NCBI GenBank assembly: GCA_013151035.1
Contig: JAADJB010000019.1
Location: forward strand, 40,936 to 104,935
Source: Gammaproteobacteria bacterium
Lineage (GTDB): Bacteria > Pseudomonadota > Gammaproteobacteria > JAADJB01
DNA length: 64,000 nt
Direction of reading: 5' to 3'
The notes under the pieces are model-generated. The model did no database searches, was not told the origin of the DNA, and saw only the letters and a program-made list of their open reading frames with translations. Both the position numbers and the translations under genes were made by a program. Below, in pieces: positions 27,333-37,023 of this stretch. Positions within the stretch are counted from its first letter, which is position 1, and each line of letters opens with the position of its first letter.

Positions 27333-29057
27333 ATGCAACAGGATGAACAACAATTCCTTAATGAACTGGAGAAAAAGCTCTGGACCAGCGCTAATAAACT
27401 GCTGCCAGCACTGGATGCCTCACAATACAAACATGTTGTCTTAGGATTAGTGTTTTTAAAATATGTCTCCGATGCCTTCGATATTCGAAGAAAGGAACTC
27501 AGCAAACAATTCAAAGATAAGGCCCACGATTATTTCCTCGACCCTGCCGGATTCGACTCAGAACAAGAGTGTCTGGAAGAGATCAACAGCGAACTCGAAC
27601 AACGTGACTTCTATGCCGAGGCCAATGTGTTCTGGGTGCCACAACAGGCACGTTGGGAGTTCCTGCAAAATCAGAACAAGGTGGTCATCACCGGTGAGAT
27701 AGAGATTGGGACAGGCAATCGTAAAAAGAAGATCCGCTCCGTCGGCCAGCTTATTGATAATGCCCTGGAGGCCATCGAGCACGACAACCCCAAACTCAAG
27801 GGTGTACTCAACAAACGTTATACCCAGTTACAAATTGATCAGGCCAAGCTGGGCGAATTGATTGATCTGGTTGCCACCATCCCCTTTACTCATGCAACAT
27901 TAAGCAGCAAAGACATCCTCGGCCATGTCTACGAATACTTCCTCGGTCAATTTGCCCTGGCTGAAGGTAAAAAAGGTGGTCAGTTCTACACCCCTAAATC
28001 CATCGTTAGCCTCATTGTACAGATGCTCGAACCCTTTAAAGGCCGCGTCTATGACCCCGCCATGGGTTCCGGTGGTTTTTTTGTGCAGTCCGAGCATTTC
28101 ATTACCGCACATGAAGGCCGTATGGGCGATGTCTCCATCTATGGACAAGAATACAACCACACCACATGGCAACTGGCCGCCATGAACATGGTGATACGCG
28201 GTATCGACTTTAACTTTGGTAAAGAACCTGCCAGCACCTATACCAATGATCAACACCCCGATCTACGTGCCGACTTTGTTATGGCTAATCCACCCTTTAA
28301 TATGAAAGAGTGGGATATCGGGGTAGATGAAAATGACCCCCGTTGGCAATACGGCAAGCCACCCTCGAACAATGCCAACTTTGCCTGGCTACAACACATG
28401 CTCTGGCACCTGGCTCCCAATGGCAGTATGGGACTGTTATTAGCCAATGGCTCCATGAGTTCCAATACCAGTGGTGAAGGTACAATTCGTAAGGCCCTGA
28501 TTGAGAATGATCTGGTGGAATGTATGGTCGCCTTACCCGGCCAGCTATTTACCAATACCCAGATACCCGCCTGTATCTGGTTTCTGACCAAAAACAAGAA
28601 AGAACGTGCAGTAGATTACAGTCATTACCGTGATCGCAGTGGTGAAATACTCTTTATTGATGCCCGTAACCTTGGCTATATGAAAGACCGTGTACTCAAA
28701 GACTTTAGCCCTGAAGATCTGGAAAGCATCACCCGAACCTATCACGGCTGGCGTATGAACTATGGTAAATGTGATAATGGCGATGGCATCATATCCAAGG
28801 TCGATCCTGATCCAGAATACCTGTACCAGGATACCCCCGGCTTTTGTTATTCCGCCAAACGAGAAGAAATAGAAAAACATGATTATGTACTCACCCCAGG
28901 CCGTTATGTTGGTGCCGCCCCTGAGGAAGACGATGGCGAGCCCTTTGCTGAAAAAATGGCACGATTGACAGGGCAGTTAAAGGTACAGTTTGAAGAGAGT
29001 GATCGGCTGGAAGGGGAAATTAAGAAGAATTTGGCGGGGTTGGGATTTGATGTCTAA
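27333..29057 (+). CDS. hsdM: Type I restriction-modification system, methyltransferase subunit
   Basis: 574 aa. N-terminal HsdM domain (LWTSANKLLPALDASQYKHVVLGLVFLKYVSD), FYTPKSIV, DPAMGSGGF, catalytic NPPFN. Confidence 0.95.
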   Translation: MQQDEQQFLNELEKKLWTSANKLLPALDASQYKHVVLGLVFLKYVSDAFDIRRKELSKQFKDKAHDYFLDPAGFDSEQECLEEINSELEQRDFYAEANVFWVPQQARWEFLQNQNKVVITGEIEIGTGNRKKKIRSVGQLIDNALEAIEHDNPKLKGVLNKRYTQLQIDQAKLGELIDLVATIPFTHATLSSKDILGHVYEYFLGQFALAEGKKGGQFYTPKSIVSLIVQMLEPFKGRVYDPAMGSGGFFVQSEHFITAHEGRMGDVSIYGQEYNHTTWQLAAMNMVIRGIDFNFGKEPASTYTNDQHPDLRADFVMANPPFNMKEWDIGVDENDPRWQYGKPPSNNANFAWLQHMLWHLAPNGSMGLLLANGSMSSNTSGEGTIRKALIENDLVECMVALPGQLFTNTQIPACIWFLTKNKKERAVDYSHYRDRSGEILFIDARNLGYMKDRVLKDFSPEDLESITRTYHGWRMNYGKCDNGDGIISKVDPDPEYLYQDTPGFCYSAKREEIEKHDYVLTPGRYVGAAPEEDDGEPFAEKMARLTGQLKVQFEESDRLEGEIKKNLAGLGFDV

Positions 29058-30495
29058 TTCAAGCATGAAAATAACAGATTTTATTGATTTCAACCCAAAG
29101 AGGGCCCTTAATAAAGGTTGTCTTGCACCATTTATAAACATGGCTGCTTTACCTGTGGATAGTCGAGATATAAACCAAATTGGTGAGCGAGAATTCAAAG
29201 GGGGTGGATCAAAATTTAAAAATGGTGATACCTTGTTTGCACGAATAACACCATGTTTAGAAAATGGGAAAACAGCAAAGGTTGCTGAGTTGCCTGAAAA
29301 TACCGTAGCGCATGGTTCAACAGAGTTCATCGTAATGGCCGCTAAAGAGCCGGAATATGATCAAGACTATATTTATTATTTGGCTAGACTGCCTGAATTC
29401 CGTTCATATGCTCAGGCACGTATGGAAGGCACATCTGGACGGCAACGCGTCCCATGGCAATCGCTTGTGGAATTTGACTTCAATTTTCCAGAAAAAGAGA
29501 AGAGAAAAGAGATCGGTGATTTTCTTAAAACTATTGACAACAAAATCGAACTAAACCGCCAAACTAACCAAACTCTCGAACAAATCGCCCAGGCCATTTT
29601 TAAATCTTGGTTTGTGGATTTCGACCCTGTAAAAGCCAAGGCACAGGTATGTGCCAGTGTCGCGGAGGGCAGGATACCCGGGAGCGAAAAAAATACACCA
29701 CTACCCAAAGACTTTGATGTAGAAACTGCCATCGAACGTGCCGCCATGTGTGCCATCAGTAGCAAGTCATTAGAAGAACTTGAACAACTAAGTTCTGAAA
29801 CCCAACAACAACTCAAAACCATCGCTGCTTTATTCCCTGATACTTTGGTTGAATCTGAGTTAGGTGAGATACCGGAAGGGTGGGCTGTTACTCGTTTTAA
29901 ACAAATTGTTGAAAAGTACATTGATAATAGGGGAAAGACACCGCCTTTAGTAGATTTTGGGATTCCATTGCTTGAAGTGAAGCATCTACCTAATGGCTCG
30001 ATGAAACCTGACCTTGATACTACAAAATACGTAGATGACGAAACTTATGAAAATTGGTTTAGAGCTCATCTTGAGACGAGTGATATTATTATTTCAACTG
30101 TTGGGACTATAGGCCGGATTTGCATGGTTCCTGAAAATGAAAAGTTTACTATTGCGCAGAACTTACTCGGTATGCGTTTTTATAAAGAAAAATCTTCACC
30201 ATATTTTATGTATTACCAGATGGATGGTTTCAGGTTTCGACATGATGTTGATGCGCGCTTAATTATTACGGTACAAGCTAGTATAAAAAGAAAAGATCTA
30301 GAGACAATTGACTTGTTATCACCACCTGTTGAATTACAAAATAAATTTGAAGAATTTATTAGCCCATTTGTTTCAATGCAACAAAGTAATCAAGAAATTA
30401 AACTTTCTAATATGAGAGATTCCTTATTGCCGAAACTCCTTTCCGGTGAACTCCAAATAGAACAAAATCAAACAGGATTGGAGGAAGCGATATGA
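29050..30495 (+). CDS. hsdS: Type I restriction-modification system, specificity subunit
   Basis: In-frame ATG at 29050 overlaps the hsdM stop. Two target-recognition domains separated by conserved helices (NQTLEQIAQAIFKSWFVDFDPV and RDSLLPKLLSGEL). Confidence 0.9.
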   Translation: MSNSSMKITDFIDFNPKRALNKGCLAPFINMAALPVDSRDINQIGEREFKGGGSKFKNGDTLFARITPCLENGKTAKVAELPENTVAHGSTEFIVMAAKEPEYDQDYIYYLARLPEFRSYAQARMEGTSGRQRVPWQSLVEFDFNFPEKEKRKEIGDFLKTIDNKIELNRQTNQTLEQIAQAIFKSWFVDFDPVKAKAQVCASVAEGRIPGSEKNTPLPKDFDVETAIERAAMCAISSKSLEELEQLSSETQQQLKTIAALFPDTLVESELGEIPEGWAVTRFKQIVEKYIDNRGKTPPLVDFGIPLLEVKHLPNGSMKPDLDTTKYVDDETYENWFRAHLETSDIIISTVGTIGRICMVPENEKFTIAQNLLGMRFYKEKSSPYFMYYQMDGFRFRHDVDARLIITVQASIKRKDLETIDLLSPPVELQNKFEEFISPFVSMQQSNQEIKLSNMRDSLLPKLLSGELQIEQNQTGLEEAI

Positions 30496-31514
30496 GTCAT
30501 GACTTAACCACTTCAGAAGTCGCTCGGCAAAATGTGCTAAATAATCGCTATGCCTTGACCAAGTTGGAGGAACATCTGGCACTTGGGGGGCTTCAGTTTG
30601 AGGGTGAGACGATTTTCACTAAATCCCAGCTTGCTGAAATATTAACCATTGATGAGCGTACAGTTGACCGTTATTTGACCACTCATGGTAGTGAAATCAA
30701 GGCAAATGGCTATCGAATACTGAAAGGTCATGCTTTAAAAAACATAAAGTTAGCCTATGTCGACGACACAGATGTCGTCGACATCATCGACCCCAAAACT
30801 CCTTCTCTGGGTGTGTTTTCATTTCGGGCGGTTTTGAATGTTGCCATGTTGGCTACGGAGAGTGAGCGAGCCAAAGTCATTCGCAGCCGAATGTTGGATA
30901 TTGTTATCGACGTAGTAGCTGAAAAAGCAGGGGGACATACTAAATATATTAATCAACGGGATCAAGATTATTTACCTGCGGCATATATGGAAGACAGCTA
31001 CCGTAAGCAATTTACCGATTCCTTGCGAGATCATCTGGAAATGGGAAACCATAAATATGCTGTTTATACAGATAAAATATATAAAGTGGTATTTTGTGAA
31101 AATGCACTTGAATATAAAAAAGTTTTAAAGCTTGCAAGTAAAGAGAAAACACGTAACACCATGTATGCCGAGGTACTCAAGGCCATTGCAGGCTTTGAAC
31201 ACGGGTTGGCCACACAAATGCGAGAGTGGTCTGAACAACATAATCGTAAATTAGTGCCTTCTGAACTAGATAGCATGATTACAGAGGCAAAGAACAATCC
31301 ATTTCTAAAACCATCAATTGAGGATGCCAGGGTGAGAATGGCAAGCCGCGATTTGGGTTTTCGTGATGCTTTACATGATAAGTTAGAGCACTACATTCAA
31401 ACGGTTCCAGAAGGTGATTTCGATCGATTTTTGGGTGAAAAGACAAAGTCCTTGGAAGAACAGCTTTCTGATACTAAGACGCTAGAAGTTTTAAAGCGGT
31501 TAAAGGATCGCTAG
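30492..31514 (+). CDS. Hypothetical 340-aa protein, translationally coupled between hsdS and doc (possible DNA-binding/antitoxin-like partner)
   Basis: ATGA overlap with the hsdS stop; its stop lies 1 nt before the doc ATG. N-terminal HTH-like segment FTKSQLAEILTIDERTVDRYL. I do not recognise a family confidently. Confidence 0.5.
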   Translation: MSHDLTTSEVARQNVLNNRYALTKLEEHLALGGLQFEGETIFTKSQLAEILTIDERTVDRYLTTHGSEIKANGYRILKGHALKNIKLAYVDDTDVVDIIDPKTPSLGVFSFRAVLNVAMLATESERAKVIRSRMLDIVIDVVAEKAGGHTKYINQRDQDYLPAAYMEDSYRKQFTDSLRDHLEMGNHKYAVYTDKIYKVVFCENALEYKKVLKLASKEKTRNTMYAEVLKAIAGFEHGLATQMREWSEQHNRKLVPSELDSMITEAKNNPFLKPSIEDARVRMASRDLGFRDALHDKLEHYIQTVPEGDFDRFLGEKTKSLEEQLSDTKTLEVLKRLKDR

Positions 31515-31515
31515 T

Positions 31516-31950
31516 ATGAATGAGCTGATTCTTTACTTTGATGTAAATCATGCTGTAGAGGTACATGATTGGATTATCGAAAACTCAGGCGGTTTGTCTG
31601 GTACAAAAGATTTAGGTCAAGTGGATAGTGTTCTAGATCATATTCAAAATGATTTGTATTACCCAAGCTTTGAAGAGAAGTTGAATCATTTAGTTTTTTC
31701 TATTAATAAATTTCACGCATTTAATGATGGCAATAAGCGTTCGAGCCTGAGTTTAGGTGCCTACTTTCTTGAGTTAAATGGTTATGATTATTGTGTCCAA
31801 ACATTTGTTCAAGAAATGGAAAATATTGTAGTTTGGCTGGCAGAAGGAAAAATTTCAAAAGCCTTGTTATTGAAAATAGTGACTTCTCTTATTATGGATG
31901 ATGAGTTTTCAGAAGAATTAAAACTAGAATTATTAGAGGCGGTAAAATAA
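31516..31950 (+). CDS. doc: Death-on-curing (Doc) family toxin, Fic fold
   Basis: 144 aa. Doc-type Fic motif HAFNDGNKRSS. N-terminal AVEVHDWIIENSGGLSGTKDLGQVDSVL is typical of Doc. Confidence 0.85.
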   Translation: MNELILYFDVNHAVEVHDWIIENSGGLSGTKDLGQVDSVLDHIQNDLYYPSFEEKLNHLVFSINKFHAFNDGNKRSSLSLGAYFLELNGYDYCVQTFVQEMENIVVWLAEGKISKALLLKIVTSLIMDDEFSEELKLELLEAVK

Positions 31951-32012
31951 TGATTACCGAAGATCAATTAAATAATCAAGGGGCACCCATTGAAAATCAC
32001 GAGTCACACTAA
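31950..32012 (+). pseudogene. Orphan stub of an hsdR 5' end
   Basis: ATGATTACCGAAGATCAATTA = MITEDQL, identical at peptide level to the real hsdR start (33705, GTGATCACGGAAGACCAACTG). Runs into a stop after 20 codons. Overlaps the doc stop (TAATG). Confidence 0.7.
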
Positions 32013-32167
32013 ACGTAACAAAAACTTGATATTAAAAACCCTGAAAAACAAAAGGCCCCGACGAATCTGCCGAGGCCAGTTGTCGACCGAGAATCCCCAG
32101 TCCTTTGAAAAGATTGTAGGAATATGACTACTTAATAGCAATACATTAATGTGTAAATAATAATCCC

Positions 32168-33151
32168 ATGCCTGAATATAAACCGCCATTCACCTTAACC
32201 AACACAATCCTGAAACTGATCGCTGAGATCAGTGAAGCAATAGGGCGTTTGTCGGTACAGCTTGAATGCGAACAGAACCTACGTTTACGGCGTGTCAATC
32301 GTATGCGTACTATTCAGGGTTCATTAGCGATTGAAGGCAATACGCTGTCTGAAGAACAGATCACAGCCATTCTTGATGGTAAACGAGTTGTTGCACCGCC
32401 TAAAGAGGTCAAGGAGGCACTCAATGCGATCAGTGTCTATGAGCAACTGGATACCTGGCAGCCCTCTAGTGAACAGGCTTTGTTAGCGGCTCACAAAACA
32501 CTTATGACCGGGTTGGTTGAAGAGGTCGGCAGCTATCGTACTGGTGGTGTTGGTGTCATGTCGGGTGATAAGGTGGTACACATGGCCCCACAGGCGAATC
32601 GAGTCGCTAAACTGGTATCCGATTTACTGGAATGGCTGGCGCATACAGATAGCCATCCATTGATTGCCAGTTGTGTCTTTCATTATGAGTTTGAGTTCAT
32701 TCATCCCTTTGCGGATGGTAATGGCCGCATGGGGCGTTTATGGCAGACCCTTATCCTGTCCAGATGGCATCCTGTCTTTAGTCATCTTCCAGTGGAAAGT
32801 CTGGTCTATCAGCATCAAGATGAATATTATCAGGCGATCAGGCAAAGTACCGCACAAACTGATTCTTCGCCATTTATTGGATTTATGTTACAAATGATCC
32901 TGGATGTGCTTATTGAAGTTCAGGCTGAGGCTGTAACTACCCAGAAGACTACCCAGAAGACTACCCAGAAACAGAAGGCGATTCTAGCCTATCTGCAGTC
33001 CAATCCAGGGGCAGGAAGACGAGAGATCGCTGAGGCCCTGGGTAATATTACTGAGGATGGTGTAAAGTATAATCTTAAAAAATTACAGGAATTCAATCTG
33101 TTGAAGCGAGTGGGTTCAGCACGTTCTGGCCACTGGGAGGTGCAGGCATGA
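32168..33151 (+). CDS. Fic-family protein (AMPylase-type) with C-terminal winged-HTH
   Basis: 327 aa. Fic motif HPFADGNGRMGRLW. In-frame 3 x 12-nt repeat (TTQKTTQKTTQK, 32936-32971). C-terminal ILAYLQSNPGAGRREIAEALGNITEDGVKYNLKKL. Confidence 0.9.
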   Translation: MPEYKPPFTLTNTILKLIAEISEAIGRLSVQLECEQNLRLRRVNRMRTIQGSLAIEGNTLSEEQITAILDGKRVVAPPKEVKEALNAISVYEQLDTWQPSSEQALLAAHKTLMTGLVEEVGSYRTGGVGVMSGDKVVHMAPQANRVAKLVSDLLEWLAHTDSHPLIASCVFHYEFEFIHPFADGNGRMGRLWQTLILSRWHPVFSHLPVESLVYQHQDEYYQAIRQSTAQTDSSPFIGFMLQMILDVLIEVQAEAVTTQKTTQKTTQKQKAILAYLQSNPGAGRREIAEALGNITEDGVKYNLKKLQEFNLLKRVGSARSGHWEVQA

Positions 33152-33708
33152 TTACGGAAGAGTTATTTATGTCGGAAACTAATCAAATTCAACTATTCCA
33201 ATCCGCTGATGGTGTTGTGCAATTAGATGTATCACTTGATCAAGAAACCGTATGGTTGTCACAAGCCCAAATGACTGAATTATTTGAACGTGAACGATCT
33301 GTTATTACCAAACATATTAATAATATTTTTAAGGAAGGGGAATTAGAGCGTGATGCAGTATGTGCAAAAATTGCACATACTGCTAATGATGGGAAAACAT
33401 ATAAAATTCAATCATTTAATTTAGATGTTGTGATTTCAGTAGGCTATCGAGTGAAATCACAGAGGGGCGTACAATTTAGACAGTGGGCCACTAACATCCT
33501 GAAACAGCACGTAGTAAAAGGCTATATTTTTTTATTCCTGTATTTACGACTTAATCAACATTTTTTGGAGAAACCCGTTGAGTTATTGATTAATGATAAT
33601 ACGCTAGTAGCCTTAGCTCTATTGGTTGCAGAGAGCAAGCCTGAACAGAAGGAGCTAATGATCAGATTAGTAGAACATTTTATAATATTAAAGGATAGTA
33701 AGACGTGA
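33148..33708 (+). CDS. rhuM: RhuM-family protein, C-terminally truncated; ORF begins with a second hsdR-start-like stub
   Basis: IQLFQSADGVVQLDVSLDQETVWLSQAQMTELFERERSVITKHINNIFKEGEL...VISVGYRVKSQRGVQFRQWATNILKQHVVKGY matches the RhuM N-terminal half. The last ~60 aa are unrelated; family members are about 330 aa. The first codons are MITEE; a likely native start is ATG 33169. Confidence 0.7.
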   Translation: MITEELFMSETNQIQLFQSADGVVQLDVSLDQETVWLSQAQMTELFERERSVITKHINNIFKEGELERDAVCAKIAHTANDGKTYKIQSFNLDVVISVGYRVKSQRGVQFRQWATNILKQHVVKGYIFLFLYLRLNQHFLEKPVELLINDNTLVALALLVAESKPEQKELMIRLVEHFIILKDSKT

Positions 33709-36700
33709 TCACGGAAGACCAACTGGAACAACTCTGTCTCGACTGGTTTAGGTCCATTGGTTATGACTCTATCTGTGGCTATGATATTGCCCCTGATGGT
33801 GATCGCCCTGAACGTACTGATTATGCTCAGATCATTCTATTTGAACGTTTGATTCAACAACTGCAAAAGATCAATCCACATATCCCGTTGGCTGTGCTGG
33901 AGCAGGTGACCGGACAGGTTGCCAAACCTGAAACCCCTGTATTAATCAAAGGCAACAAGGTCTTTCACCAGTTCTTACTGGAAGGTATCAAGGTTGAATT
34001 CAAGGACGGTGATAAATCCAGGACGGACTATGTGCAATTAGTCGATTTCACCAATGTCGATAACAATCAGTTCCTGGTGGTCAATCAATACACTATTGCT
34101 GGCAGCAAGGGTCATCGTCGCCCTGATGTCATTGTGTTTATCAATGGTCTGCCACTGGCGGTTATTGAACTCAAAAATCCAGCGGATAGCAGTGCCGATA
34201 TATGGTCGGCCTATCAACAGCTACAAACCTATAAGGATGAGGTACCTGATCTATTTGTCTTTAATGAGGCCCTGGTGGTCAGCGATGGTTTGAATGCCCG
34301 GATCGGTTCATTAACAGCCAATAAAGAACGTTTTTTGCCCTGGCGTACCATGACCAGTGAAAATGATAAACCCTTGTTTGAGTATCGGCTGGAAACCTTG
34401 ATTAAAGGCTTCTTTAATCGTGAGTTGTTTCTGGACTATATCCATTACTTTATATTGTTTGAGCAAGAGGGTGATGCACTAATTAAAAAGATCGCTGCCT
34501 ATCACCAGTTTCATGCTGTGCGTGCTGCTGTGGATGCCACAGTGATAGCCTCACGGCCACCCTTGCTTGATAAGGTTGCTGATGCACGGGAGCATTATTC
34601 TGGCAGCTTACAAGGCTCAGGATCAGGCAAGGCAGGTGTAGTATGGCACACTCAAGGTTCAGGTAAGTCTATCTCCATGGTGTGTTATGCCGGTAAGTTG
34701 TTGGCACAGCCAGAGATGAATAATCCAACCATTGTGGTCGTTACTGATCGCAATGATCTGGATGGCCAGTTGTTTAATACCTTTGCCATGGCGGCTGATG
34801 CTCTGAAACAAACCCCGGTACAGGCCAGTAACCGTGATGATCTGCGTGATATATTGGCCTCACGCCAATCGGGTGGCATTGTTTTTACTACCATACAAAA
34901 GTTTGCATTACTGGCGGATGAAGCCAGTCACCCGGCATTAAGTGAGCGACATAATATTGTCGTAATCAGTGATGAGGCACACCGCAGTCAATACGGTGAT
35001 AAAGCCAGATTTAATGCGAAGACAGGCAAGTACACCTTTGGTTATTCCCGGCACATGCGTGATGCCTTGCCCAGGGCCTCATTTATTGGTTTTACCGGCA
35101 CACCGATTTCAGCAGCCGATAAAGATACCCGTGCTGTGTTTGGCGATTATGTCTCTATCTATGATATTCAGGATGCGGTGGATGATGGTGCCACCGTGCC
35201 AATCTATTATGAATCACGTCTGGCTAAGCTGGATATTAATCAGGCAGAGCTTGAGGCGCTGAATGATGACGTTGAAGAGGTGATTGAAGACGAAGAGGAT
35301 ATGGCTACCCGGGAACAAACCAAATCCAGATGGGCTGCATTAGAAAAACTGGTGGGTAGTGCACCGCGCATGGAACAGGTGGCTAAGGATCTGGTTGCTC
35401 ATTTTGAAAGCCGTATTGCTACTATGCCGGGTAAGGGCATGATTGTATCCATGAGCCGTGAAATCTGTGTGGATATGTACAATGCCATTATCACTATCAG
35501 GCCTGAATGGCATGATAGTGATACAGCCAAGGGCGCAATTAAGGTTGTAATGACCGGATCAGCATCGGATAAGGAAAAGCTGCAACCACATATCCACAAC
35601 AAGGAAACCAAAAAGCGGTTTGAAAAACGTTTTAAGGATGTTAACGATCCGCTACAACTGGTAATCGTGCGAGATATGTGGCTCACCGGTTTTGATGCCC
35701 CTAACTGTCACACTATGTATATCGATAAACCGATGAAAGGGCATAACCTGATGCAGGCCATCGCCAGGGTAAACAGGGTGTTTAAGGATAAGCCTGGTGG
35801 TTTAGTCGTGGACTATATCGGTATTGCCAGTGAATTAAAGCATGCATTGAAGACCTATACCGATTCAAAGGGTAAGGGTGCGCCGACCCTGGATACCAAT
35901 GAAGCCTATGCCATCCTGTTAGAAAAGATGGACGTTGTGCATGGTATGTTAAGTGGTTTTGATTACAGTGATTATAAAACCAATGCCTTGCAACTGTTGC
36001 CAATGATAATGAATCATATCCTGGGTCTGAAAGAGGGTAAAAAACGCTTTTTAGATGTCATGGCTGCGATCAGTAAGGCTTATACCCTATGCGGCACTAT
36101 GGATGAAGCAGAAGGAATGAAAAAAGAGATTGCCTTTCTTTCTGCAATAAAGGCGGCGATCAGTAAATTTACCACCATCGATAAACGGCGCACCGATGAA
36201 GACAAAAATACCGCCCTGAAACAGATTATTGATAATGCTATCGTTGCTGATGGTGTGGCGGATGTGTTTGAAATGGTAGGGCTGGATAAACCGAATATTG
36301 GCCTGTTATCCGATGAGTTCCTGGAAGATGTAAAGAATATGCCGCAGAGAAATCTGGCCATGGAGCTACTGGAAAAGCTGTTACGGGATGAGATCAAGGC
36401 GCGCTTGAAAACAGATGTGGTGTCAGAGAAGAAATATTCTGATCGTATACTGGAAACCCTGCGTAAATATCATAATCGTGCCATTGAGACCGCTCAGGTG
36501 ATTGAAGAACTCATTAATCTGGCCAAAGAGATGGAAGAGGATCTGGTCGAAGCAGATAAGTTGGGTCTGAATAATGATGAAATTGCTTTTTATCGCGCCC
36601 TGATTCAAAACGAAAGTGCAGTACGTGAACTCGGTGATAATAATCTACGTGAATTAGCCAAATACGTCACGGAACAACTGCGTAAAAGCACGACTGTTGA

Positions 36701-36851
36701 CTGGCAAGTACGTGATAGTGTGCGTGCAAAGCTACGCAATCTTGTCAGGCGAGCTCTGAAACGATGGAAATACCCACCGGATAAGGCCGATGAAGCCATT
36801 GAGTTATGTCTGAAGCAGGCCGAGGTTCTGAGCTGTAGTTGGAGTATTTAA
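33705..36851 (+). CDS. hsdR: Type I restriction enzyme, R (helicase/endonuclease) subunit
   Basis: 1048 aa, GTG start. N-terminal nuclease region (PDVIVFINGLPLAVIELK), Walker A HTQGSGKS, DEAH box VISDEAHRSQ, helicase C-terminal motifs. Confidence 0.95.
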   Translation: MITEDQLEQLCLDWFRSIGYDSICGYDIAPDGDRPERTDYAQIILFERLIQQLQKINPHIPLAVLEQVTGQVAKPETPVLIKGNKVFHQFLLEGIKVEFKDGDKSRTDYVQLVDFTNVDNNQFLVVNQYTIAGSKGHRRPDVIVFINGLPLAVIELKNPADSSADIWSAYQQLQTYKDEVPDLFVFNEALVVSDGLNARIGSLTANKERFLPWRTMTSENDKPLFEYRLETLIKGFFNRELFLDYIHYFILFEQEGDALIKKIAAYHQFHAVRAAVDATVIASRPPLLDKVADAREHYSGSLQGSGSGKAGVVWHTQGSGKSISMVCYAGKLLAQPEMNNPTIVVVTDRNDLDGQLFNTFAMAADALKQTPVQASNRDDLRDILASRQSGGIVFTTIQKFALLADEASHPALSERHNIVVISDEAHRSQYGDKARFNAKTGKYTFGYSRHMRDALPRASFIGFTGTPISAADKDTRAVFGDYVSIYDIQDAVDDGATVPIYYESRLAKLDINQAELEALNDDVEEVIEDEEDMATREQTKSRWAALEKLVGSAPRMEQVAKDLVAHFESRIATMPGKGMIVSMSREICVDMYNAIITIRPEWHDSDTAKGAIKVVMTGSASDKEKLQPHIHNKETKKRFEKRFKDVNDPLQLVIVRDMWLTGFDAPNCHTMYIDKPMKGHNLMQAIARVNRVFKDKPGGLVVDYIGIASELKHALKTYTDSKGKGAPTLDTNEAYAILLEKMDVVHGMLSGFDYSDYKTNALQLLPMIMNHILGLKEGKKRFLDVMAAISKAYTLCGTMDEAEGMKKEIAFLSAIKAAISKFTTIDKRRTDEDKNTALKQIIDNAIVADGVADVFEMVGLDKPNIGLLSDEFLEDVKNMPQRNLAMELLEKLLRDEIKARLKTDVVSEKKYSDRILETLRKYHNRAIETAQVIEELINLAKEMEEDLVEADKLGLNNDEIAFYRALIQNESAVRELGDNNLRELAKYVTEQLRKSTTVDWQVRDSVRAKLRNLVRRALKRWKYPPDKADEAIELCLKQAEVLSCSWSI

Positions 36852-36861
36852 TCATGTATCC

Positions 36862-36921
36862 ATTCCTACGCAGAGCGTAGGAACGAGGTGAATATATTTG
36901 GTAGGGTGCGCATTGCGCACC
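36862..36921. repeat. REP hairpins (family C + family B)
   Basis: TTCCTACGCAGAGCGTAGGAACGAGG (36862-36887) and GGTAGGGTGCGCATTGCGCACC (36900-36921). Confidence 0.75.
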
Positions 36922-37023
36922 CAATAACCGAAGTCCCCAAGCAACGGAAAATAAGGCGTTTTTCCGCTAGCTGTTGTATCATGCGCACGCAAGAATAATG
37001 TATTCATCAGGATCAAGACCACC

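Noticed and set aside
36974-37023. N-terminal extension of the prfB ORF given in the track (start 36974)
   Set aside because: The extension is the +1 frame happening to be open upstream. The true gene starts at ATG 37024 in frame 0 and shifts at CTT TGA C.
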